Shown piece after piece: positions 1 to 13,067 of a stretch of DNA of 64,000 bases (the stretch's first letter is position 1; each line of letters opens with the position of its first letter). The stretch is from the human T2T-CHM13v2.0 reference genome, Homo sapiens: the NCBI RefSeq assembly GCF_009914755.1, contig NC_060927.1. One strand, 5' to 3'. Under the pieces are notes generated by a model that had not been told where the DNA came from, searched no databases, and saw nothing but the letters and a program-made list of their open reading frames with translations. A program made the translations under genes and the position numbers.

Positions 1-121
1 TTTAGCTAATTTTAACGCTCTTTTACATCCAGATACTTATTTTCTTTCATTCAAACTCAAACACCTTTTACTAAGGTTTTACTATGTATCAAGTTTTTTT
101 AAAAAAGAGAAAAAACATAGC

Positions 122-320
122 CAATACTTGTCTAGTATTTGTTATGTTCAAGGTACTAATCTCAGCACTTACATGTAATAACTCATTAAATACAATAACC
201 TGATTAGGGAGGTTGTCTTATTATTTCCATTTTACAAATGAGAACCAAGGTTCATGGAGGTTAATTAATGGGCCCAAGGTCAAGTGATGGAGTTACATTT
301 GAATCCAGAGGTCTCGGGCT
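122..320 (-). mobile_element. MIR SINE
   Basis: Reverse MIR core: ttatttccattttacaaatgagaa...ggttaattaatgggcccaaggtca...atttgaatccag. Confidence 0.8.
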
Positions 321-1025
321 TAGGAACCTGTGTTTTTAAAATTGTGGGCTTTACTAGCACATATGTTAAAACAGTCTTTTCCATGCCGCAAACGCCCCTT
401 ACTCTTTTTCCCCCCCCGAATGATTATTGTTTCCCCAATTATAGCCATAATATGCCAGTTTAAGTCCTTCTTTTGCAGGTAGCTTGTCCCAAGGACAGGC
501 ATCAGTGTCTCAGCACCTCTGCTTTGATCCATCCTCTGGGTGGATTTACCCAGTCTGCCTTTGTAGAGTCTGGCCAAGTGAGGTTTTGTCCAACCAGATT
601 GTGAGATAACATGGTGTGGTGGTGTACAGCCACATTTAAAAAATCCACGATCTTGTTGCAGATGTACGATTCTGTTCCGTCAAACAAAAAAAAACCTGCC
701 AGCTGCGATTGCCTCTTTCTCCTTCTGTGAAGCCAATGTCATGTTTCCTACGTTTCAGTCATTTGGTTTTACCTTCATGGTTTTACCTGATACTTATTGT
801 TTTTCTATAAATTGACTTACTTAAAAAAATTTCAATAAAATTATTTAAATGAAAACCTTGAATCAGTACTATAAATAAATAACAAACCATTATCACCTTC
901 CATGGTAGAAATAACTGCTATGAAAACAAAACAAGAGCATTAAATCCTAGCTGGTTATGTTTGCCTGCTGATGGCCATTAGCTCGAGGCCTGTCCTCTCT
1001 CTGTAAAATGGAACATTGGAAAAGT

Positions 1026-1067
1026 GGTTATAGTGGTCAGGGTTTAGTGGTCTATGGTTTAGTGGTC
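1026..1067. repeat. 3 copies of ~15-bp-period unit GGTT(A)TAGTGGTC
   Basis: Copies at 1026, 1041 and 1056 read directly. Confidence 0.8.
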
Positions 1068-1420
1068 AGCATGCTAGGCTATGCTGTGGTAGTAAGTACA
1101 ACATTGAAATCTTGTGACTTACCCCAACAAAGCTTTACCTATGGGTCACACAAAGCCTGCTGGGCTCAGAGTACTCCCCAGGGTCGTGTCCATCCTGAAT
1201 CTCCACTCAAGGCTGCAGACTGTATTCATTCTGGCTCCATCACCACATCATACAGCTTGTCTGGTGGCTGCAGAAAGGGAGGAGAGGGTGAGGATGCACC
1301 ATCTTTACCTGCCTTGGCTCAGAAGGGACCACATAACTTCTGCTCACATCTATCGGTCAGAGCCAGTTATATGGCCTAGGTCTCACGGGAAGGGACAACA
1401 CTGGGAAATAAAGAAGAACA
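1062..1420 (-). mobile_element. MLT1K/J-type MaLR solo LTR
   Basis: gctaggctatgctgtggta...aaatct; acttctgctcacat..ggtcagagccagttatatggcc; ctgggaaat. Confidence 0.65.
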
Positions 1421-1994
1421 AGTGAGTATTTTGTTAAAGGTAACCTTAAATACAACATCGAGATTTTGTTTTATTTTGATTGGTTTTGTTTGCGTTTTTC
1501 TCTTAACACAAGCAGAAACATTGAAAACAAGTTATAAAGAGGAAAACTCCCTCATGGTGTGGATGTATGTTATCTAACGTTGGGCCTGAGAACTCTTTGC
1601 CATCAGCTCTCATGTTCAGTCTGCAGGAATCCATGCTTTAGCAGGTCCCAGCACCAAACCTGTGACCGTGGGGCCATTGAGGAAGGTCATTCAGGAGCAG
1701 GGCAACTTCCCAGAACAAAACTTCAACATGAACAAATTTTGTTTGTTTCGGAAAGGGATACCTCCCAGAACTTTGATTTACCATAGTTTAAAGATGCATA
1801 GAATGTCACTTTTATTGTTTTCATGTGATCTTGGCCTTTTCAACTGAGGTTTTACCAAACACGTTATTCTCTTTAGGAACAGGCTAATTTTGTTTTTTTG
1901 AGGCTTTAGCCTGGTTTATGTGCAAATGTTAGATCTCCCCAGCTAGAAGACAGCTTCATGAGTATAGGAAACCCTTCAGTCTTCAAATTGCCCA

Positions 1995-2369
1995 GGTGTT
2001 CAGTCACCAGCAGTAGATCCTGAATTGGTGATCTGGGTGCAAATAGCTTATTTACAAGGCAAACCTGCGAATCACCAGCAGGGGAGCGGGGAAATGAGAC
2101 AGGGACAAGAAGGACATCCATAAAGGGTGTGCTATCAAGCCAGTTATTGTTGTGGACAACTGGAATGTCATTTTCTAGGGAATTCTGGGAGCCACTGGAG
2201 CATATACACCACAAAATTATCCCACCCACGGAGGAGGGAGCTGGGCCTTCATACACTAATGCCGTCAGTCACTGGATGAGAGCTGCTCCTGGGAGTATGT
2301 TCCTCAGAACTTCCTGCCCAGCTGGAAGGTGAGCGGATGTGAAGTGGAGCACCAATTGCATCTGCTACA
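1995..2369 (-). mobile_element. LTR33-like ERVL LTR
   Basis: Ends in gcatctgctaca (TGTAGCAGATGC start on the minus strand); ggggaaatgagacaggga..ataaagggtgtgctatcaagc. Confidence 0.7.
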
Positions 2370-2404
2370 CCCGTAGTGCCTATTGGTCAGTCTTTTTGAG
2401 TCCC

Positions 2405-2849
2405 TGGGAGCCAGACTCCACGATGGCCCCCATTCCCTCCCGGTCTTCATGTTCTTATATTGTTCTCTGCCACTCTGAAGCAGGGCTGGCCCTTCCTGGC
2501 AGAAGTGATGATGTGTGACTTCTCAGTCTTTGTCTTTGCCTTGGTGGAGCCAGCCACCATGTCATGAGAGGCTCATGTGGGTAGAAGCTGAAGCGCTGGA
2601 CAACCGTTAGCACTAACTGCTAGCCACGTGAGGGAGCCACTTTGGAAGTGGATCCTCCAACGTCATTTAGCCTTTAGGTGATGGTGCTCCTAGCTGAGGC
2701 AACCACATGAGATACCCACCATGAGAACTGCTCAGCTGAGCCCTTCCCCAATTCCTGACCCACAGAAACCATGTGAGATGAGAAATGATCATTATTTTTT
2801 TAAGCTATTAGTTTTTGAAGTGACTTGCTATACAGTAATAGATAGTACA
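2405..2849 (+). mobile_element. MLT1G/F/H-type MaLR LTR
   Basis: gatggccccc start; gccacgtgagggagcca..tggaagtggatcctcca; aattcctgacccacagaaac; terminal atagatagtaca. Confidence 0.75.
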
Positions 2850-2854
2850 TTAAC

Positions 2855-3254
2855 TGTATTAGTCTGCTAGAACTGCTATAACAAAATGCCATAGACTGGG
2901 TGGCTTAAGCAACTAGAAATGTATTCTCTCACAGTTCTGGAGGCTGGAAGTCCAAGGTCAAGGTGTCCTCAGGATTGGTTTCTGGTGAGGGCTTTCTTTC
3001 TGGCCTGCAGACAGCCACCTTTTTGTGTCCTCACATGGTCTTTCCCCTGTGTGCATGTAGAAAGAGCTCTCTGGTGTCTCTTCCTGTTCTTATAAAGACA
3101 CCAGTACCAGCAGATAGCTTAAGGCCCCAACTTCATGACTCTTTTTAAACTTAATAACCTTCTCAAAGGCTCCACCTCCATTACCAATGGGGGTTAGGGC
3201 TTCAGCGTATGAATTTTGGAGTGTGTGTAGGGGGACACAATATATCCCATAACA
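2855..3254 (-). mobile_element. MLT1A/MLT1A0 MaLR solo LTR
   Basis: tgtattagtctgctag..gctataacaaaatgccatagactgggtggctta..ctggaggctggaagtccaag ... cccataaca. Confidence 0.9.
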
Positions 3255-3388
3255 CTCACCAAAGTCTTGCATGTTTTGGAAGTCAGCAGAGGTCTCCAGC
3301 CCCTGTGCTTGGATGACTTCCTCTTTAAGTGAGGGATAACAAGTCAAACAACGATGTGACTTTGGTGGGAACATAAAGAAGAAACGGG

Positions 3389-3735
<347 letters not shown>

Positions 3736-4769
3736 GAAATGGGGATAAATTATCTGTGCAAAGATTCTTAGTGAGCAGCTTCCTTGTAACGATTACATGC
3801 AGAAGTTCTTTGGGGGAGGTAGGAGAAGAAAGAAGCAAGATATAATTTTAAAAGGAGCTGCACTATTTCAGAAGGAAATTGCCACCTAAGGTGGGAGGCA
3901 TTGCAGCTTCCTGGTGCTGGAAGCACTGAAGATTGCCCTGTCTCCTGTGTTGCCTGTAATCTCTGGCCTTGGTTCCTTCAGTCTGGCTACTTAGAGCTTT
4001 GTGATTCTTTAGCAGGGGCTGGGAGGTATTAGGAGCCCCTGGCCCTGTATTTCTGTGGCATTTTATTTGGCCTCTCTAGGGGGTGTATTTTCGAGCAGCA
4101 GCTGTGAGGTCACCCTGGGTGCAGCCAGATCCCCATACCTGCTAATTTAGCTCCTTTTGTGAGCTATTTTATTTCGGATGCCTTCTGTGGAAATTTTGTT
4201 CCAGACTGACTTGAAAGTGTTTTCAGCATCGATTCTCTCTTTGAACAGTATAACCAGGGTTTGCCACTTGTGGGGAAAAAAGGAGCTCATCTTGAGCTTT
4301 AAGAACAGTATGAGGTGGGCTTCCTGTGTCCAGCCCACCCCAGTCAGAATTATGCCATGTGTCTTCTCTCCAGGATAAACCGACTTTTCCATTTTACATA
4401 AAATCGAATCTCTTGAATAACAAAGAGTACTGTAGATACTGAACTGGCTTCTCGGGACTAGATGGACACCCTTAGTTTTTCAGGGCTAATAATTGTTTTT
4501 TTTCCATGATCAAGTTCCCACATGGACTTCGCCCACAGTGCTTGTTTTTCTGTGTTGTTTGAGGTAGTGGAGAGAGAGCACTTCCTCTTGGGGAAATGAT
4601 TTTCATTTGCTCACTTAGCAAGCACTTTTGATCCTGTTTTGCTTGAAGCTTCATGTCAGACCTGCCCATCTGCATACATGCAAAAGAAGTAGGCTCTCTG
4701 GGTCCTTCTTCTGTGATGGTCATTAGTTTACAAATATTTCATTTGTCCTACCTCTGTGCACATGAAATC

Positions 4770-4900
4770 GAACTCCCTGCCCTGCTGAAATTAAGTATTG
4801 TCGTATGACTTACTTTGGCCAGTGGATTATGAGTGGGGGTGATCTGTTTTATCTCCTGGAAGAAGCCTCTAAGAGTCACGTGTCTGTTCACACTGCCCAG
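4770..4900 (+). mobile_element. Old MLT1 (J/I-like) fragment
   Basis: atgacttactttggccagtgga..tgagtgg..gtga..aagagtca. Confidence 0.45.
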
Positions 4901-5419
4901 CAATTGTATTGTTTCCAATGCCAGAAGCTTTGCCTCCCCTCCAGTTTAAATCATCCTTTTGAATCAAACCCTCTTTAAATTATTCTTGTTTGCCTGGATC
5001 ATTTATTTTCTGTTGGGATTTTGATTGATTCAGTCATCATAAAAACAGAACATGATCATTCAAGATGATTTAGAAAGTGGGGATGTAGAAATAAGTTTAA
5101 GAAAAAAAATCCATAGTTTTATACCCAAACATCCCTGATATTAACGTGGTCATTTTTTTTTTCCTTCTTGACTTTTCCTTGCTCAGTGCATTGTGCTTTA
5201 ATTTGGTTGTGATCATTTGGTATGTACAATTTTAGGTGCTTTGTCATGAACATTATGTTTTACATGGTATTATTACACATCATAAGAGTCCTTTTTAATA
5301 ACTGTATAATAAGTGATGCAGTTTAAGGAAAAAAATTCTAAATTTTAATATCATAAGAAATTATATTCTGCATAGCTGAAATATATCCTGTGGTAGAAGA
5401 GGGGGTAAATCAAGAAAAA

Positions 5420-5530
5420 CAAATTCAATGAACCTTTCTCCGGTGCCTCCCGTGTGCCAGGCTTGTGTTGGGTGCAAGATATGGAAGCAATTATGACAGA
5501 ATCATCAAGTTCCCATGGGCTTAACACTGG
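5420..5530 (-). mobile_element. L2 3' end fragment
   Basis: attcaatgaa..gtgcctcccgtgtgccaggcttgtgttgggtgc. Confidence 0.6.
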
Positions 5531-5674
5531 TAAATGTTGATTCTATGTCTAATCCTCTTGGGACTAGGTTGGATTTGTTACCCACAAAATTTTTTAAAAA
5601 TCTAATTTGACCAATAGAATTTCCCTCTTTTGAAAAATAATACACAAAATATTGCTCTTTTCCCTGGAGAGGAT

Positions 5675-5995
5675 TCAAGCTTTTGCAATTTGGGGGAGAT
5701 AGACTTTATAAAAAAAAGAGACAAAATCATGAATAGGAAAGAAATCACAACACATTATTTAATCTGAAAGATAAAAGTATCGTTTATATAGCAAACATAC
5801 TACAAACATCCAGAAGATAACATACAATTATTATTATTTTATAAATTGTTTTAATTAACTGCCTGGCAAGCTCTGTAATCTTGTTTCTTTCTTCTAGTTT
5901 TTGGCTGAGTGCTTGTTGATCTACTCTTCATATGATGATGATTTTGTAATATTGTTTTCTATGGAGAGAATAGGAAGATGATTCATTCTCTTCTG
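5675..5995 (+). mobile_element. Zaphod/MER115-like hAT-Tip100 fragment
   Basis: aagctt..caatttggggg; aaagaaatcacaaca; ttaattaactgcctg; ctcttcatatga..gattttgtaatat..ttttctat..agagaatag. Confidence 0.6.
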
Positions 5996-5996
5996 G

Positions 5997-6450
<454 letters not shown>

Positions 6451-7989
6451 ATGGGTGATGGAAGTTTGATTTTTACTATTGATCATTTAGAAAAGTTTCC
6501 TTTAGCTTCACTGCTTGTTACTGGCATTGTCATATATGTTTTTAGGCTTGTTGTCAAATCTGGGAAAACCTCTCTCCAATTTCTTTCAGAAGTAAGCTGT
6601 GAGACTTCACGTTGTTTCAAGTTTTCTGTGCGGTAACTGATCTTAAATGTTCTTTGAATGGAAGACACTCATTAACCAATTTGTAATGTGTCCTCATTTT
6701 CTGTGTATTTTATGAGTTTTATGTTATTTTTCATTGAGATCAGTATTTTTATGTCAAAGGAGTAAGAAATTAAATTGCCTGAAGAAATGGGATTGGATGA
6801 GACCATTTTGCCGAAAGAAAAACATGAGCAAAGGCGAAGTCCAGCAGGCGAGTCCAGTGTGGGGAGGCAGCCAGGTGCCAGGTTTGCAGCTGTGTGGATG
6901 CCATTGAAAGGGGAGCCTGTGTGCAGGTGGGAAAGGGCTGTGTGCTGGTAGTTGTTTAGTAAGGGAGCAATATGTTCATGAAAGACAGTGTCATGCCATG
7001 TTGAAATTATTCCCTTCACACACGTAAAAGCGGTGTGAATCCCAGCTCTGCCAATATTACTAACCAGCAATGACCATACAGGGAAATAAAACATACAGAT
7101 AGCCCTCTGCACCCAAACCCAACCCATCTCCACTGAACTCCCCCTTCACCAGATCCTTACACTGCCGTGGCCATACCATTGCCACCTGCTCAGAAGAGAA
7201 GCATGACGGGCAAGTTGGGGTAAAGGAGACAGCAGTCTTAGCCAATTGAGATTAAAATATCCTACTTTTGTTAATTTTCAAAAACATAGGCCTGTGAACA
7301 CATGTTAGTTCCCCTTGGAGGGGCACCTACCAGGGAGGACCCCTGAATTGTGAGTGTCTTTAGCGTCACAGTTAGCCCACCTTTGCTTCTGCATATGAAT
7401 TAGTAACTGAATGGCATATATGCTGACAAAGCTCAGGCTTAAGTGGCAACAGAAGAGTTGTTGATGACAAAGTTCTAAGCCAAGGACCTTAAAAAGCAGT
7501 GCAAACTTGTGTGCCCTTCCCAGCATGTTCATTGTATTTGAAATGACTGTTGCTTTTTTAGGTAGCAGCTTCACAAACCTGTTCAATATCATGATATGAA
7601 AAGCATCATTCTTAGGTTGCCATCCTCTTTCCATTGTGTACCTTGACAAGAGAGTCCTTTAGGAAATACAGCAGAAGCTGAACAGAAGCCAGCCTAGTTA
7701 GGGGTTCTGAGTCTCCTCATTTTCTGACACAAAACAGCGATGATTGCTCCTTGGGGAGTCACCACTGTGTGCATTTACACCTTCCCAGCTGTAGGTGCCA
7801 AGGTTTAGCAGCTCATAATCTGGTTTCACATTCCTGGTCTTTGCCATTTCTGAGATGTATGGAGCCTGGTGAATCCTGGAGGGGCTCGGGTCATGGGCAG
7901 TGCTCTTCCCCAGAACTTGTTTGAGACAAGGCAAGAGATGGAATTTAGCCTTGGTCTGAAGGCGAGGACACTGGGCCAGAGGCTGTCTT

Positions 7990-8610
7990 TCACTCAAGGA
8001 TATTTATTGAGTGCCTGCTTTGTCCCAGGTTTGGGTTGTGTGCTGGGGATAGAGATGTTTCAGCTACTCTTGCTGAGTAACGACACACCGCAAAACTTCA
8101 TTGCGAAAAATAACCATTTTGGTGTGCTCATGGATTCTGGGGTCAGGAATTTGGACACGGGAGGGGTGGCCTGTGTCTGCTGGGACCTCATCTGGGATGA
8201 CGAAGACTGAGGATGACTTGATGGCTGGGGATTGGAATCATCTAGAGACAGCTTTGCTCACATGCATGTACTGGAACCTCAGCTGGGCTGTTGGCTGGAA
8301 CCCTATGTGGGGCCTCTCCATATAGTCTCTGTCTAGGATGGTTTGGGCTTCCTCATAATGTGACAGGTGGGATCCAAGAGCAAGCATCCCTAGAGAACAA
8401 GGAAGAAGAGCTCGCTTCAAAAATCCTTTGGCATCACTTATGCCATCCTGGTTGAGTCTGTAAAATTCCACCCAACTTCAAGGTAGGGAAGTGGTATGAG
8501 TTTAAAACTAACATGTAGAATGGGAAATATTGTGCCCATTTAGGAAAAATGGAATCTCAAAGCACCCATATTCTGCCCTTATGGAACTAATAACCTAGTA
8601 GGGAAGACAG
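7990..8610 (-). mobile_element. L2 3' end split by an MLT1F LTR
   Basis: cactcaaggatatttattgagtgcctgct..gtgctggggata, resuming at ctgcccttatggaact..ctagtagggaagacag. Confidence 0.6.
8056..8562 (-). mobile_element. MLT1F-type MaLR LTR
   Basis: tcagctactcttgctgagtaac; gctcatggattctggggtcaggaattt; ctcagctgggctgttggctggaac; gggcttcctcataat. Confidence 0.75.
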
Positions 8611-8619
8611 TGCTGCCCC

Positions 8620-9600
8620 AGATCACTCAACAGGTATCTATTGAGCACCTGTAATGTGCCAGATTCTGTCCTAAGGATTCAGAGATACGTAAGACAGATG
8701 GAATCCCTGCCTGCTGGTGCAGAAATGGATGAGGAACAATGAAATTAATATATAATGTAATTTCAGGTAGTAAGTGGTATGAAGAACAATAAATAGGGTA
8801 AGGGGATAGAGAATAGTGGGAGGTGCTGCCTCAGATAGGGCAGTTAGAGAAGCCTCACTGATTGGTTACATTCTAGGCAAAGGGAAAAACAAGTGCAAGG
8901 TCCAGAAACAGAAATACTCTTGACATATTTGAGAAATGGTCAGAAGACCAGTGTGGCTGGAACACAGCCAGTGAGGAGGAGTGGTTGCAAATGAGGTTGG
9001 AGAAGCATCAAGGGGTCAGATGATGTAGGGCTATGCAGGTTGTGGTGATGACTTTGGATTTGACACTAAGTGCTTATAAGAGCCAACTTTTGCTGAGTTA
9101 TACTGCAGTAACAACCAAATCTCAGTGTCCTACAACAGCTAATTGTGGTAAGTACTGTGAAGGAAAATCTCAAGGGAAACCTTAAGGAATGGCTACCTAC
9201 AGTCCACCTTTTAACTGAGACCCACACGGTTGCATGACCTTCATGAGTTGGCCATGGCTCTTTTCCACGTTCCTTTCATCCCAGGACTCCGGCTGAAGGA
9301 CCTGCCATTCTCTGGGAGACTGCTATCCTTGTAGCAGAAGGAAAGGGCGATGGTGGAATCCATAATGGCTTCTAAAGCTGCTGTTTTGAAGTGCATGTTT
9401 CACTTCCTGCTCGCGTTTCATTAGTGAAAATAAGTCACATGGCCAAGCCTGATAGCAGCGGAGTGGGGGTGATTAATTCTCTCACAGGGAGGGGTAGAAA
9501 TCAGTTAGGTGCAAGCAACACCCTCTAACTGCGAGCCATTGGAGGCTTTTGAGTGGGTAATGACATAATCTAGTTTGCATTTGCGGAAGATCCCATGCAG
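8620..9600 (-). mobile_element. L2 (L2a-like) 3' portion, interrupted at about 9085-9505
   Basis: ctcaacaggtatctattgagcacct; ccagtgtggctggaac; gactttggattt; resumes at gagccattggaggcttttgag. Confidence 0.75.
9085..9505 (-). mobile_element. MLT1J-type MaLR LTR nested in L2
   Basis: gttatactgcagtaacaaccaaatctcagtg; aagtcacatggccaagcctga. Confidence 0.7.
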
Positions 9601-10914
9601 AAACAAATGTCACACTGCAGCTGCAAGGACAGTGAGGAGGGAGATGGCCATGGTGCCTTGGTCCCCAGAGTGACGGCATGCGGAGGCGTCAATGCATCTA
9701 CCTCCAGCACACCAGGCATGATGTCAGGTGCAGCAGGAGGTACCTGGCCCTTTGCTACACAGACCACATGGTCTTGCTGGGGACAAGACCTAGGGAACAG
9801 CTCATTTTGGTACAGTGTGGTTGGTTCCTGGAGAGGGAGAGGGAATAGCCCACGGGCTAAGCAGCCCACTGCAGGTACCTAATGCAACCAGGAAGGTCAG
9901 GGAAGGAGATGGCCAGCCACGCGGTGGAGTTTGAACATTATGTAGCAGTTAGCCAGGTGAAGAGGAGATGCTGGGGAGACAGGGAGAGGCCACTCCTGGC
10001 TGAGGGACCTGTACCTGCAAAGACTCTCAGGGGAGGAGGACGGCTTTCTGTCACTGTTTCTGTGTGTGAGGGAAATCAGAGGGTAGGCCCGGCTGTCCCC
10101 TGCCTTTCCTGTGGGGCCTGACTGCACGTACCCCCTCTCCCCAAACCCTCCAGGAGTTCTGAGTCTCTACCTGGATCTTGATTCCACTGGCATGAAATCT
10201 GTGAATCTCACCTCGAGAATCCTCCCTCTGCTGCAGCAGGATGGGACCAACAGTTCCCTGCAGTGGCAAGGGAGCTGTTCACACACTGAGCGAGCAGTCA
10301 CAGCTGCCCTGAGCTCCACATTCTCCTCCTCGGGGGACTCCCCTGGAATTACCTTTGTCATTTTACTTTCTCAACCCCTGTGTTTCCTCTGATATCTTAC
10401 TTATCTCTGGTCTTTTTGTCCAGACAGCTCTTAAGCCTTGGGAGGAACCTTTTCCTCTGATCCCTTTTTAGGCCATTATCAAGTTCAGGGTGGGAGGGTA
10501 GAGTCACTGTCTTTCCAGGCCTTGCTGCATCCCTTAGAGACCTTCGGAGGGGGCACTTTGTGACCAGTGGGGATGGGGGAAGGATGGCTTGGTGTGTCTG
10601 TCCTCACCCACTACCCTCTGCCCACTTCTGCCTGCCCTTCCTCTGTGTGGCATATACAGTACTGCACCCCTGAGCAGGACATTCCCCAGTGAGAGCCCCA
10701 GGCCCGACACTTCCAGGCTGTGTGGCCTTGATCAAGTTAGTTTCCCTTTCGTGATTCAGATTCCTCTCAGGCTGCTTGTGCAAACTCAACATAAGAAAGT
10801 CTGCGAAGCTCTTAACCCAGGGCCTGGGCCATGCTAGGGGGATCAGTAAGCAGTTTCTGCCACCTCTGTTACTGCCGCTTTCACCTTTCCTTGTGGAAAA
10901 GAGAAGCAGCCAGA

Positions 10915-11040
10915 AAAGCTGGGTTTTAGCCCCAGCTCTGCCTCTTAACTAGCTAAGTAAATGTGGGCAGAATGCTTGACTTCTCTGAATCTCATTTTTT
11001 TTTTTTTTTTTTTTTTGTCAAACAAGATGAATGAACAAGA
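10915..11040 (+). mobile_element. MIR fragment with expanded T run
   Basis: ctgggttttagccccagctctgcc..ctagct..tgggcag..cttgacttctctgaatctca then T run. Confidence 0.65.
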
Positions 11041-11220
11041 TCGGTCTTTTTTGATGGGGACTTGAATGGTGTGTGGGGGGACAGTTCTTTGTGTGGGACG
11101 GTCCACACTAAATGCCAGTTATCCCCACCCATTGTTACAACCCAAATGTCACCCCCCACCAAGTATTTCTCCATGTCCCTATGGGTTGGTGGTGGAACTG
11201 TCCCTGACTGAGGACCACTG
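11041..11220 (-). mobile_element. MER20-type hAT-Charlie MITE
   Basis: ttctttgt; ctaaatgccagt; ttgttacaacccaaatgtc; terminal tgaggaccactg. Confidence 0.7.
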
Positions 11221-11424
11221 AACTAGCTTACCCTAAACTTCACTCCTGCTCTGGTGTCCTGTGTGGGTGGAAAAGTGAGGACCCAGTGGAGCAGGTAGAC
11301 AAAGATCAGTTCAACAGGGCCCTCTGCTCCTTTGATATTGGGACAGCTTCACTTCCTCTGAATTAGAAGCTTCTTGACCTCCATATATTGAGGAAGGAAG
11401 GGGTTTCTAACAAATGAAGAAACA

Positions 11425-11695
11425 GGCTGGGCACAGTGGCTCATGCCTGTAATTCCCCTTTGGGAAGCCCAGTTCCATCTCTAAAAAAAAAAAAAAAAAA
11501 AAAAGAAAAATTAGCCAGGTGTGGTGGTGCACACCTGTAGTCCCAGCTACTCCGGAAGCTGAGGTGGGAGGATTGCTTGAGCCGAGGTGGGAGGATTGCT
11601 CGAGCCCAGGTGTTTGAGGCTGCAGTGAGCCATGCGCATGCTACTGCACTCCAGCTTGGGTGACAGAATGAGACCCTGTCTCTAAAAACAACAAC
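11425..11695 (+). mobile_element. AluJ with left-arm deletion and 23-bp right-arm duplication
   Basis: J diagnostics ggaggattgcttgagcc and tttgaggctgcagtgagc; exact 16-bp TSD aacaaatgaagaaaca at 11409-11424 and 11696-11711. Confidence 0.95.
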
Positions 11696-13030
11696 AACAA
11701 ATGAAGAAACAAAGCTGATTCTGTGCTCTGGATCCCTCTTTGTCCCCTAGTCACATCTTATCATTAATATATGATACCATGGGATGGTATAGAGGCAACC
11801 ATGTGGTCACCAGAAATATGCATTTGATCTCCAGTGGTGTAAACTGAAGTGTGCCATCCAGAGAAAGGAGTCACAAAGGGAGGTTTAGGCATGCCAATAA
11901 GAGAGGAGCCCAGACATGGGAAGAGTACAGCTGTGTGCCTGAAATACTTGTTGCCCTGTGTGCCAGGAACCCACGAGGTGGGTGGAGGCTTTGTTGAGAT
12001 GGTTGGGCTTCACCGTGACTATCCATGTCAAGCTGGCTGTGTTTCCTTTCACACTGTCTCAACATTTCAAAGAGGAAATCCAAGGTTGGAGATGTAACTG
12101 CTGGGGACTTTTCTTTTCCAGCAGATACTCTGTGGTCCTGAGGACCACTGGCAACCAAAGTCCATCATGTCCCATTCCCATTTATTCTCCCGAGGCTGAC
12201 AGCTCTAAATTATAATGCTCCTTGCTGAATACCATTAATCTTAAGCAAGCAACTTACTGCAAGTTATTAGCTGCTCACCTTGAAATCCTATGAATAAAGA
12301 AGAAAATTACCCTCCTGTCCAGAGCCCCTTGTTAATTGAATATGTGGTAGAAGAATACAGAGAGTGTCATTAATTTCAAGATACAGGAGTTTGTTGCCCC
12401 CTTTTTGTTTTTATTTTACCCTTGGATGTTCATTTAATTAAATTATTTAAATTTGGTAATGTGGGGAAGATAATATGGGGGAAGATTTTATTTTCTTCCC
12501 CAGTACCTTTAATCACAATCATCTTAGTTAAAAAGGTGTTAGTGATGCTATTGCCTGTGTGGTGCTTCATTTATAGGAGATGAATTTTGAAAAGTTTGTT
12601 GCACTTATCAGATAACTTTATGAACCTTTTGGAACATTTTAAATGAGTTTTTATGAGACTTCCATGACAATATTCTGTGTATCTCTTTGATGTGGAGAGA
12701 GGAAGATTGCAGACTTCATGGTCTGAAAAATTATGATGTATTTTTATTTACATTGGACTGATGATAGATTTCAGGTCATTTTTCCTATCAAAGATATCCT
12801 GATGAAAGTTAATATTTTGCGGGAAGATTTTATGAGTTATAATATTACCTGGATTACAGTTTTCTTGAATTACGTAAAAACGTCTTGTGAGATTGTTTTA
12901 GGGAAAAGGATTCCACTTGTCTTCAGGTCTTGGGGGAAGCATCTTACTCCCTTTGCGGAACAAGAATTTCTATGTACAGAGTGTCCTGCTGTTTCCTCTG
13001 CTTGCACTTAATTCCCTCCACCTTGCATTC

Positions 13031-13067
13031 TTATTGAGTTATTGAGTTATTCTGTTGAGTTATTGAG
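13031..13067. repeat. Short TTATTGAG tandem array
   Basis: Copies at 13031, 13039, 13052 (variant) and 13060. Confidence 0.75.

Larger units (their letters stand above)
740..1580 (+). mobile_element. MER113-like hAT-Charlie fossil, split by an MLT1 LTR
   Basis: Recalled consensus blocks (ttcagtcatt..ttaccttcat; gaaaacaaaacaa..attaaatcctagct..ttgcctgctga..gaggcctg) resume after about 1425. Confidence 0.6.

Noticed and set aside
462-484. Recursive splice-site-like AG|GT (also ctctag|gtgagt near 36320)
   Set aside because: The first has a weak donor (GTAGCT) and the second a weak pyrimidine tract.
2074-2090. CTCF-like CCAGCAGGGGAGC (also near 56072)
   Set aside because: The core is mismatched or shifted relative to the consensus; not supportable without data.
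6672-7133. 153-aa minus-strand ORF
   Set aside because: No recognisable domain, atypical composition and no exon context; length is compatible with chance.
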